Shown here piece after piece: positions 1 to 8,383 of a stretch of DNA of 64,000 nucleotides (its first letter is position 1; each line of letters starts with the position of its first letter). Source of the DNA: Thermodesulfobacteriota bacterium (GTDB taxonomy: Bacteria > Desulfobacterota_D > UBA1144 > Nemesobacterales > Mycalebacteriaceae); the NCBI GenBank assembly GCA_965226585.1, contig OZ245366.1, positions 832,001 through 896,000 on the forward strand, written 5' to 3'. Both the position numbers and the translations under genes were made by a program. The notes under the pieces were generated by a model. It was given only the letters and a program-made list of their open reading frames with translations, did not search any database and was not told the DNA's origin.

Positions 1-1
1 T

Positions 2-943
2 GTTGTGCTTGCCAATTCCGTTCACTTTAACTACCTGAGAAATTATGACGCAATGATCCAATCCGCTTACCACTCAGATAGTGCCTTCTCAGAAAAACTG
101 CGAGGCAGTTGTTACGGCGGAGAAGCGGAAACACAAGATTTGCAAGGCGGCTGTCTCTGGGCAGATGCGGGAAGCCGTCACACGAGACACGACACAAAGG
201 TTAAATACGGTGAAGACGCTTATGTATTTGCCGGAGGTTTGTCCATCCCCGCAGGGCAGTCTGCCGTATCAATCGGCGCGGGTTATGAAACATCAGACTT
301 TAATGCCGGAACTGATACAAACGCGGCGGGGGAAAGGTTTATGGCAGGGTTATCAGTAGCGGGTGAGATTTGGAAAAGAATTATCGCAGACGCAAGAACA
401 CAATTTGCAAAAGCGGCATGGGAATCAACATCCGCAAGAGGAGAAGACACCTACTCCGCAAAAACGGATATAACAACGTGGTCTGCGGCAATAGGGGCGG
501 AGATGCCATTCTTTCCCGGTGGTGTATTTATGGTGGTTCCGCGTCTTGAAGCGGGAGTAGCCCGTGTATCTGCGGACAGTTTTACAGAAACTGGCGGCGG
601 AGATATGCCTCTTAAAGTAGGCGGATTATCACAAACATATTTGCGTGTAACCCCATCGGTAACGGCTTACGCTCCCGCAGGGGAAAGTGTAAATATGTGG
701 ATGACCGCCGGAGCGGACGCGCATTTAACAGACCCCAAAACAGACTTAAAAGCCGCCTTCTCTCCTGATGACCCTGTGAATACAAAAGGCGGTTTTGAAC
801 GCATAAACATAAGATACAGCGCGGGGGCAGAGGTAAATCCGTTAAAAGGTGTAAGTGTTCGGGTTGCGTATAGCGGAGGGGTTTCCACTACATTTGATAC
901 GCTTACGCAGACATTCACGGCAAGGTTCGGAGTGGCGTTTTAA
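2..943 (+). CDS. Autotransporter beta-barrel domain protein (5' truncated by the window edge)
   Basis: Frame is open from the window edge; alternating amphipathic beta-strand pattern (e.g. VVPRLEAGVARV...FTETG); ends in terminal Phe (ARFGVAF), typical of outer-membrane barrels. Confidence 0.8.
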   Translation, partial: VVLANSVHFNYLRNYDAMIQSAYHSDSAFSEKLRGSCYGGEAETQDLQGGCLWADAGSRHTRHDTKVKYGEDAYVFAGGLSIPAGQSAVSIGAGYETSDFNAGTDTNAAGERFMAGLSVAGEIWKRIIADARTQFAKAAWESTSARGEDTYSAKTDITTWSAAIGAEMPFFPGGVFMVVPRLEAGVARVSADSFTETGGGDMPLKVGGLSQTYLRVTPSVTAYAPAGESVNMWMTAGADAHLTDPKTDLKAAFSPDDPVNTKGGFERINIRYSAGAEVNPLKGVSVRVAYSGGVSTTFDTLTQTFTARFGVAF

Positions 944-1110
944 TACTGGATTCCTGCTTCCGCAGGAATGACGGGGAAGGGCAAGGAATGACGCTTCTCA
1001 CCACTCCGTCATTCCGTGTTTGTCTCCTTCCCGTCATTCCGTGCTTGACACGGAATCCAGTATTCAACTGGCTAATTAATACTGGATTCCTGCTTCCGCA
1101 GGAATGACGG
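941..1110. repeat. Cluster of three palindromic REP/dRS3-like elements (941-974, 1031-1064 inverted, 1077-1110) plus extra GTCATTCC half-sites
   Basis: TAATACTGGATTCCTGCTTCCGCAGGAATGACGG occurs identically at 941 and 1077; inverted variant CCGTCATTCCGTGCTTGACACGGAATCCAGTATT at 1031; 20-bp core ATTCC-N10-GGAAT. Confidence 0.9.
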
Positions 1111-3940
1111 AGGAGGGAACCAGACACCTGTCGCACAAAATCCCGCCGTCAGCCCTTTTTGCGGCGGATGGCTCTCTTTTCCAACAACGTTCACACTTGG
1201 GCTTGTCCGACAAGTCTCTTATAGCCGGCTCCGTGTTGCCGCCTTTACGGAATCTGCTTACCCCCAGCAAATCCGCTATCTCCGCCTCTTCAAAACCTCC
1301 CGTGTCTGCTGAACATTCAATCTCCGCGTCCAGAGGGTTTGCCGGGCTGTTCAGCTTTTTCGCCTCTTCAAGCGCGAGCAGGCATGAATCTTTAAGAGGA
1401 ATTACGGTTTCCGTCCACGTTTTCAAAACAGCCGCCTCTTCTCCGGTCAACTCCTCCGCGCAAGGAAAATCTGTCAGATGAACACTCGCGGCTTTGCCGC
1501 CGCCGGGCAGACAGCGATACGCCTCCTCCGCCGTGTGCACAAGTATCGGGGCGCAAAGCTTTATGAGAGCATCAGCGATTTCATTTATAACGGTCTGCGT
1601 TTTTCTCCTTCCACTCTCATTCTTTCCATCACAATACAATCTGTCGCGCACGGTTCCGATGTAGTGCCGGCTCAAAAAAGAATCACAGAAAAACAGTATT
1701 GAACGGCTCGCCTCTTTGTAGTCAAAACCGGAGTAATGTTTAAGGGTTTTATTGACGGTGTCTTTAAGCATCACCCGCGCTATGCCGTCAATGGACAACC
1801 TGTCTCCCTCCCCAAGCCCCGCTCCGTTTGTTTCGGGATTAAAATCGTTCAAATTGCTCAGAAGAAAACGGACTGTGTTCCTTATCGTTCTGTATTCATC
1901 CGCCGCAGACTCTATAATTTTTATGTCCGCCTTTACGTCATTTGAATAATTCAGCGAACTCACCCACCACCTGCAAACATCCGCGCCGTATTGCTTCAAT
2001 ATCTGCGCCACTTCAAGCGCGTTTCCGCCGGACTTGCTCATCTTTCTGCCGTCAGAATCAACTATGAACCCGTGCGTTAATATCTGCGAAAAAGGAGCCG
2101 CGCCGGTCGCCCCGAGAGACGGAAGAAGAGACGACTGAAACCAGCCCCTGTGCTGGTCTGAACCCTCAAGATAAAGGTCCGCCCTTCCCTGCTCACCCTT
2201 CTCAATTACAGAATGCCATGAGGAACCGGACTCAAACCAGACATCAAAAATATCATTTCCTTTTTTCAGCCCCGCCGGATCCCATTTCTCTTTTGCCCAC
2301 TCCGGAGCGTCTTTATCTTCACGCGGATCGTATTGCGAAAGTATCTCCCCCGCCTCCGCTTCAAACCACATTCCGCTTCCCCTTTCACGTATTTTCTCCG
2401 CGACCGCGAGGATGCTTTTTTCCGTCATAAGAATATCGCCGTCCGCATTTGTGAACGCCGGTATCGGAAGCCCCCAAGAACGCTGGCGCGATATGCACCA
2501 GTCAGGTCTTGATTCAAGCATTCCGGCAAACCTTTTGCGCCCCCACTCCGGGTGGAAAGCCACCTCTCCGTTCACGCTGTCAAGAGCCATGCGGCGCAGG
2601 GTTTTGCCTCCCCCGCCCACGGGCTCATCCGTTTTAATAAACCACTGGGCGGTGGCGCGGAAAATTGTCGGCGTTTTTCCCCGCCAATCGTGCGGGTAGC
2701 TGTGAACTATGTCTTCGGTGTGAAAAAGCAAACCCGTTTCGCGCAGTTTTTCCGTGATAATTTTATTCCCCTCCCACACATGTTTCCCGCTCAGCCAGCC
2801 GGGTGTGGAAGAGTCAAACGAACCGTCTTCAAGAACCGGGCAGTAGGTGTCAAGCCCTTCCCTTATTCCCGTTATGTAATCCTCCGTCCCGTGCCCCGGC
2901 GCGGTGTGAACAAGCCCCGTGCCCTCATCCGTTCCAACATACGGCGCGCACACCACCCTCCCCTCATATTCAATAAACGGATGCGAGTATTTTGTTCCCG
3001 CAGACACAAAATCCTTTCCCGCGCATGAGCCGGTTTTTTCAAACGAAACTTCCGGGTTTTTTGAAAAAACAGATTCCGCGAGTTCTTCCGCAACAACGCA
3101 GAAAATATCATCCCTTCCCTCTGCGCGAAGTTTGTAAAGCCCGTAACCCGCTTCGGGAGCAACGGCAATCGCCAAATTCGCGGGAAGCGTCCACGGGGTT
3201 GTTGTCCATATCATAAGAGAAGCCGGAACCCCCTTCGGCGCGTTCAAAGACACGGGCAGAGTTTCTGTGCCGGTTACGGGGAAAAGCGCGTAGACGCTTG
3301 GGTCTGTTCTGTCGTGATATTCAAGCTCCGCTTCGGCAAGCGCGGTTTTGTTTTCAATAGACCAGTGAACGGGTTTCAAGTCGTGCCGGACGATATTTTT
3401 CGCCACAAGCGCGGCAAAAACCTCAAGCACTCCCGCCTCATATTGCGGGTGCATTGTCAGATACGGGTTTTCATAATCGGCAACCGTTCCGAGCCGCTTC
3501 ATCTCTTTTGTCTGCACGCGGACAAACTTATCGGCGTAGTTGCGGCATTTTTTTCTTATCAGAACAGGGTCTGACACCTCACCCGCGCCGCCCGTCTCTT
3601 TAAGCACCTTGTGCTCAATCGGAAGCCCGTGGCAATCCCATCCCGGTATGAGAAAAGAGTCAAAGCCCCGCATTGTTTTTGAGCGCACAACGAGGTCTTT
3701 GAGGATTTTATTGAGCAAATGCCCGATGTGGATTGAGCCGTTTGCGTAAGGGGGTCCGTCGTGCAGAACAAATCTGTCTCTGCCCGCAGATTTTTTCCTT
3801 ATCGCGGAGAAAAGATTCATCTCCTCCCACTCTTTCTGCATAACCGGCTCTTTCTGCAAAAGTCCGGCTTTCATTGGAAACCCCTTTGCTTCGGGAAGGT
3901 TCAGGGAACCCCTGTAATCGTTTTTCTTTTTTTCAGACAT
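1076..3940 (-). CDS. ileS: Isoleucyl-tRNA synthetase (type 1)
   Basis: LHDGPPYANG, HIGH, GWDCHGLPIE, WTTTPWTLP, WCISRQR and KMSKS motifs; C-terminal CERCW..CDRC zinc finger. Confidence 0.98.
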   Translation of the reverse strand: MSEKKKNDYRGSLNLPEAKGFPMKAGLLQKEPVMQKEWEEMNLFSAIRKKSAGRDRFVLHDGPPYANGSIHIGHLLNKILKDLVVRSKTMRGFDSFLIPGWDCHGLPIEHKVLKETGGAGEVSDPVLIRKKCRNYADKFVRVQTKEMKRLGTVADYENPYLTMHPQYEAGVLEVFAALVAKNIVRHDLKPVHWSIENKTALAEAELEYHDRTDPSVYALFPVTGTETLPVSLNAPKGVPASLMIWTTTPWTLPANLAIAVAPEAGYGLYKLRAEGRDDIFCVVAEELAESVFSKNPEVSFEKTGSCAGKDFVSAGTKYSHPFIEYEGRVVCAPYVGTDEGTGLVHTAPGHGTEDYITGIREGLDTYCPVLEDGSFDSSTPGWLSGKHVWEGNKIITEKLRETGLLFHTEDIVHSYPHDWRGKTPTIFRATAQWFIKTDEPVGGGGKTLRRMALDSVNGEVAFHPEWGRKRFAGMLESRPDWCISRQRSWGLPIPAFTNADGDILMTEKSILAVAEKIRERGSGMWFEAEAGEILSQYDPREDKDAPEWAKEKWDPAGLKKGNDIFDVWFESGSSWHSVIEKGEQGRADLYLEGSDQHRGWFQSSLLPSLGATGAAPFSQILTHGFIVDSDGRKMSKSGGNALEVAQILKQYGADVCRWWVSSLNYSNDVKADIKIIESAADEYRTIRNTVRFLLSNLNDFNPETNGAGLGEGDRLSIDGIARVMLKDTVNKTLKHYSGFDYKEASRSILFFCDSFLSRHYIGTVRDRLYCDGKNESGRRKTQTVINEIADALIKLCAPILVHTAEEAYRCLPGGGKAASVHLTDFPCAEELTGEEAAVLKTWTETVIPLKDSCLLALEEAKKLNSPANPLDAEIECSADTGGFEEAEIADLLGVSRFRKGGNTEPAIRDLSDKPKCERCWKREPSAAKRADGGILCDRCLVPSSVIPAEAGIQY

Positions 3941-3966
3941 TTATGCTTTCCCGCCGCCGGGCTTTT

Positions 3967-4323
3967 TCAGTATTTGGGACGGATTATTTCCCAATAGACA
4001 AAATTCTCAAGTTTATCGTGCATTTTTTTCGCGAACGCCGCCCATTTGCTCCACTCTTTCTTGTAGGGCTTTGTATCGTCCACCCGGTTTTTAATTTTGA
4101 AGCCGGTTTCCGATTTTTCAATTACATAGTCATCGTCATCCTTGAAAGTTTCCTGAAGTTTTTCCGCGTATTCGTGCAAAATCTTCACTTTTTCGGGGCT
4201 CATGTCTCTTATCTCCATTATAAAATGCCCGTTTTTCTGGTCTGAAGGCATATCCATCATACTGCCCTGATGAAAAACCGTTGTGTTTATGTCTTCGGCT
4301 TTCATTGAGATAAGAAGTTCCAT
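3967..4323 (-). CDS. Hypothetical protein (118 aa)
   Basis: ATG ORF fills the gap between aceF and ileS on the same strand with protein-like composition; no motif recognised. Confidence 0.65.
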   Translation of the reverse strand: MELLISMKAEDINTTVFHQGSMMDMPSDQKNGHFIMEIRDMSPEKVKILHEYAEKLQETFKDDDDYVIEKSETGFKIKNRVDDTKPYKKEWSKWAAFAKKMHDKLENFVYWEIIRPKY

Positions 4324-4341
4324 TGTACTGCCCTGCCCGCG

Positions 4342-5625
4342 CTAACCCTCAAACACCAGTTTGAACGGCTCTTCCACCGCCTCAACTACCCACCTTGAAA
4401 ACCTTGCCGCCTCCGCGCCGTCTATCATTCTGTGGTCGTATGACAGAGACATCGGAAGCATCAGCTTCGGTTTGAACCGCCCGGACGCCTTGTCGTACAC
4501 GGGGCTCATTTTTGCGCGTGAAAGCCCAAGCACCGCCACTTCCGGAAAGTTCACAATCGGCGTGAAAGAATCGCCGCCGATTCCGCCCAAGTTGCTAACC
4601 GTGAAACTCGCCCCCTGAAGATCATCCGGCTTTATGTTTTTCTCCCGCGCCCTTCTAGCAAGGTCAGCCAGCTCAACGGATATTTCCACTATGTTTTTTT
4701 CTCCGGCATTTTTTATAACCGGAACAACAAGCCCCCTTTCCGTGTCAACCGCGATGCCGATGTTTATGTATTCTTTCAGAACCATCTCCCCGTTCTGTTC
4801 GTCAAAACTGCCGTTGAATTTTGTGAACACGCCCAGAGCGGAAGCCACAACCCTCACCATAATCGCCGTTACTGTGAGTTTTCCTCCGGCTTTTTCGGCT
4901 TTTCCGCTGAATGTTTTACGCAGGTCTTCAAGTTCGGTGATGTCTGCGCTGTCGTGATGGGTAACGTGCGGAACTGTTCTCCACGAGCCGGAAAGACGCC
5001 GCGCGGAAAGTTTGCCGACTGTTGAAACGGGAACCCTTTCGGTTTTCCCCCAGGGGCTGAAGTCGGGAAGTTCTGACGTTTTTTCAAGCGGCGAGTTTAT
5101 CAGGTCTTTCGCCTGCGCCCTCACGTCTTCAGATGAAACCCTTCCCCTCGCTCCCGTGCCTTTTATTTGCGAGATGTCTATTCCAATGTCTCTCGCGAGT
5201 GATTTTGCTGACGGCGATGACGGAGGCTGATTTCCCCCCGCCGGTTTCGGAGACGGTTTTTTCTCCCGTGTTTCCGCCGCGCCGCCGTCCGCCTCAGGCG
5301 CGGGTTCCGCAACTTTTTTATCGGGTGCTTTTTCTTCCGGTTTTTTCTTTTTCGGCTCAGGCTCAGCCGCCGTGTTTGCCGCCTCCGCGCCGCCGTCATT
5401 TATTGTGGCGATAAGACCGCCGACTTTTACCGTGTCTCCCACGGAAACGTCAATGCTTTCCACCTTTCCCTCAAACGGGCACGGAAGTTCAAAAGCCGCC
5501 TTTTCCGTCTCAAGTTCAACAAACGGCTCATCTTTGCCTATAACGTTTCCGGCTTTAACAAAAACCGCTATAACGGACGCTTCCTCTATGTTTTCCCCGA
5601 TTTCAGGCAGACGAAACTGTTTCAT
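4342..5625 (-). CDS. aceF: Pyruvate dehydrogenase E2, dihydrolipoamide acetyltransferase (single lipoyl domain)
   Basis: Lipoyl ETEKA, E3-binding GTGARGRV and catalytic SYDHRMIDG motifs; directly downstream of aceE. Confidence 0.93.
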   Translation of the reverse strand: MKQFRLPEIGENIEEASVIAVFVKAGNVIGKDEPFVELETEKAAFELPCPFEGKVESIDVSVGDTVKVGGLIATINDGGAEAANTAAEPEPKKKKPEEKAPDKKVAEPAPEADGGAAETREKKPSPKPAGGNQPPSSPSAKSLARDIGIDISQIKGTGARGRVSSEDVRAQAKDLINSPLEKTSELPDFSPWGKTERVPVSTVGKLSARRLSGSWRTVPHVTHHDSADITELEDLRKTFSGKAEKAGGKLTVTAIMVRVVASALGVFTKFNGSFDEQNGEMVLKEYINIGIAVDTERGLVVPVIKNAGEKNIVEISVELADLARRAREKNIKPDDLQGASFTVSNLGGIGGDSFTPIVNFPEVAVLGLSRAKMSPVYDKASGRFKPKLMLPMSLSYDHRMIDGAEAARFSRWVVEAVEEPFKLVFEG

Positions 5626-5661
5626 TTTTTTGCTCTCCCGCGCTTCCCCTATTCTACCAGT

Positions 5662-8325
5662 CTACAAAAACATGGGGTCTTTTTTTCTGGGATTTATTTC
5701 AAGCTCTTCCGCCGCGCGCGCAAGCGTTTTGTCGTCTATTTCCCCGTCCTCTCTCATCGCCCACAGCGCGGAGTAGGCTATACTGCGGGCGTTAACCTCA
5801 AAAAACTCTCTCAGCCGCTCCCTTGTGTCGCTTCGCCCGAAGCCGTCCGTTCCCAGTTCAACCGTTCGCCCCGGAAGCAGGCTTGATATGGATGACGGCA
5901 AAGATTTCAGATAGTCCGAAGCCGCCACAAAAACGCCGCTTTCATTTTTCAGGCAGTTCTCAATATGCGAGGTTTTTCTTTTTCTGAAAGGATGGAGACG
6001 GTTCCACCGCCCCGCCGCCTGCGCGTCTCTGTAAAGTTCCTTGTAACTGGTAACGCTCCACACATCAGACGAAACGCCGTAGTTTTTCTCAAGAATTTCA
6101 GCCGCCTTAATCGCCTCGTTCATTATCGCCCCGCTGCCAAGCAGGTGCGCTTTCGGCGCGTTTTTCGCCCCTTTGGATTTTGAAAATCTGTACATTCCCT
6201 TCATTATGCCTTCGGCAACGTCCTTTCTTTTCGGCATTGCGGGCTGTTCGTACGGCTCGTTTGTTACCGTCACATAGTAGAAAATCTCCTCTCCGTCGCA
6301 ATACATTTTTTTTATTCCCTCGCGCACTATAACGGCGAGTTCGTAGGCAAAAGCCGGGTCGTAAGACATCATCGTGGGAAAGGCGTATGAAAAATGCTGG
6401 CTGTTTCCGTCCTGATGCTGAAGCCCTTCGCCGGCAAGTGTTGTTCTGCCCGAAGTGCCGCCAATCAGAAAACCCCTGCATCTCATATCTCCCGCCGCCC
6501 ACGCAAGGTCTCCAATCCTCTGAAGCCCGAACATGGAGTAGAAAATAAAAAACGGAATGGCGTTTATCCCGTGCGTTATGTGCGAAGTTCCGGCGGCTAT
6601 AAAAGAAGACATCGCGCCCGCTTCGGTGATGCCCTCCTCAAGAATTTGCCCGTCTTTCGCCTCTCTGTAATACAGAAGCGTGTCTGAATCCACCGGCTCG
6701 TATTTCTGCCCTTCGCTCGCGTATATGCCGACCTGACGGAAAAGCGCTTCCATTCCAAACGTGCGCGCTTCGTCCGGCACTATGGGAACTATAAGCCGCC
6801 CCGTTTCGGGGTCTTTCAGAAGTCCGGCGAGCATTCGCACAAACGCCATTGTGGTTGTCGCAGGGCGGCCTCCGGAGCCGCCGAGAAATTCAGAGAAAAT
6901 CTTTTCCGGCGCGCTTTTGAGTTTTGCGGCTCTGTCTGTTCGTGACGGCGACGCGCCGCCAAGTTTTTCTCTTTTTTCAAAAAGGTAGCGTATTTCCTCG
7001 CTGTCTTCGGGCGGTTTGTAAAAGGGCAGACCGCCCTCCAGCTGTTCATCGGAGATGGGGATGCGCAGGCGGCTTCTGAAATTTTTCAATTCTTTTTCGT
7101 TCAGTTTTTTCTGCTGGTGCGTTATGTTGCGCCCTTCCCCGCTTTCGCCCAGCCCGTAGCCCTTCACGGTTTTTGCCAGAATCACGGTGGGTTTTCCTTC
7201 CGCCTTCACCGCTTCGGCATACGCCGCGTAGACCTTTGCGGGGTCGTGTCCGCCCCGCGCCAGTTTTTCCAGTTGCTCATCCGTGTGGTTTTTAACGATG
7301 TCCAACAGCATCGGGTGTGTTCCGAAAAAGTTTTTTCTTATGTACTCGCCGCTCTCAACAACGTATTTTTGGTATTCGCCGTCAACCGTTTCGTTCATTC
7401 TTTCAACAAGCAGTCCGCGAGAGTCTTTTTCCAGAAGAGTGTCCCAGTCGGTTCCCCAGACAACTTTTATAACCTTCCACCCGCCGCCGCGGAAAATTGC
7501 CTCAAGTTCCTGAATTATCTTTCCGTTGCCGCGCACGGGACCGTCAAGCCGCTGGAGATTGCAGTTTATTACGAATATGAGATTGTCCAGTTTTTCCCGC
7601 GCCGCAAGGGTTATCGCGCCCAGCGTTTCGGGTTCATCAGACTCGCCGTCTCCGAGGAAAACCCACACCCTGGAATCGGATTTTTTTATCAGCCCTCTGT
7701 TTTCCAGATACCTGTTGAAGCGCGCCTGATAGATTCCCATTATCGGGGAAAGCCCCATTGAAACGGTCGGAAATTCCCAGAAATCGGGCATCAGCCACGG
7801 GTGCGGATATGAGGAAAGCCCTCTGCCGCTTCCCGCTTCACGGCGGAAGTTTTTCATTTGTTCAAGCGAGATTCTGCCTTCAAGGAAAGCCCTTGAATAT
7901 ATGCCCGGAGAGGCGTGTCCTTGAAAATAAACCATGTCCGCCTCTTTTCCGGCTTTGAGGAAGTGGTTGAAGGCGACTTCAAGCAGAGTTGCGGCGGAGG
8001 CGTAGGTTGAGATATGCCCGCCGATTCCGTCTTCAAGCCGGTTTGCGCGGACAACCATTGCCATCGCGTTCCAGCGGATGATGTTTTTAATTCGCCGCTC
8101 AATGTCCCGGTCTCCCGGAAACTTGGGTTGGTTGCCCGGCGTGATGGTGTTGATGTATGGCGTGTTTGCCGCGTAGGGAATTGCCACCCCTTTTTTCGCG
8201 GCGTGGTCTTGAAGCCGTCCGAGAAGCCGTGAAGCCCTCTCGCCGCCCTCTCCCGACACAACTTCGTCAAAAGAGTCCGTCCATTCGCGGTCTTCAATCT
8301 GTTCTTCGGTTTTTTTGTCGGGCAT
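5662..8325 (-). CDS. aceE: Pyruvate dehydrogenase E1, homodimeric type
   Basis: GGHISTYAS, FQGHASPG, FPTVSMGL, GDGESDEPE, NCNLQRLDGP and GEGLQHQDG motifs. Confidence 0.98.
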   Translation of the reverse strand: MPDKKTEEQIEDREWTDSFDEVVSGEGGERASRLLGRLQDHAAKKGVAIPYAANTPYINTITPGNQPKFPGDRDIERRIKNIIRWNAMAMVVRANRLEDGIGGHISTYASAATLLEVAFNHFLKAGKEADMVYFQGHASPGIYSRAFLEGRISLEQMKNFRREAGSGRGLSSYPHPWLMPDFWEFPTVSMGLSPIMGIYQARFNRYLENRGLIKKSDSRVWVFLGDGESDEPETLGAITLAAREKLDNLIFVINCNLQRLDGPVRGNGKIIQELEAIFRGGGWKVIKVVWGTDWDTLLEKDSRGLLVERMNETVDGEYQKYVVESGEYIRKNFFGTHPMLLDIVKNHTDEQLEKLARGGHDPAKVYAAYAEAVKAEGKPTVILAKTVKGYGLGESGEGRNITHQQKKLNEKELKNFRSRLRIPISDEQLEGGLPFYKPPEDSEEIRYLFEKREKLGGASPSRTDRAAKLKSAPEKIFSEFLGGSGGRPATTTMAFVRMLAGLLKDPETGRLIVPIVPDEARTFGMEALFRQVGIYASEGQKYEPVDSDTLLYYREAKDGQILEEGITEAGAMSSFIAAGTSHITHGINAIPFFIFYSMFGLQRIGDLAWAAGDMRCRGFLIGGTSGRTTLAGEGLQHQDGNSQHFSYAFPTMMSYDPAFAYELAVIVREGIKKMYCDGEEIFYYVTVTNEPYEQPAMPKRKDVAEGIMKGMYRFSKSKGAKNAPKAHLLGSGAIMNEAIKAAEILEKNYGVSSDVWSVTSYKELYRDAQAAGRWNRLHPFRKRKTSHIENCLKNESGVFVAASDYLKSLPSSISSLLPGRTVELGTDGFGRSDTRERLREFFEVNARSIAYSALWAMREDGEIDDKTLARAAEELEINPRKKDPMFL

Positions 8326-8383
8326 CCCCTCTATTATGAATGGTGGAGGTTTAAGTGTGAAGGGGTTGAGTTTCCGCCGTTTT

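Noticed and set aside
941..1110. Mini-CRISPR array
   Set aside because: Copies are in mixed orientation with irregular spacing and recur 15 kb away, which fits REP-like elements
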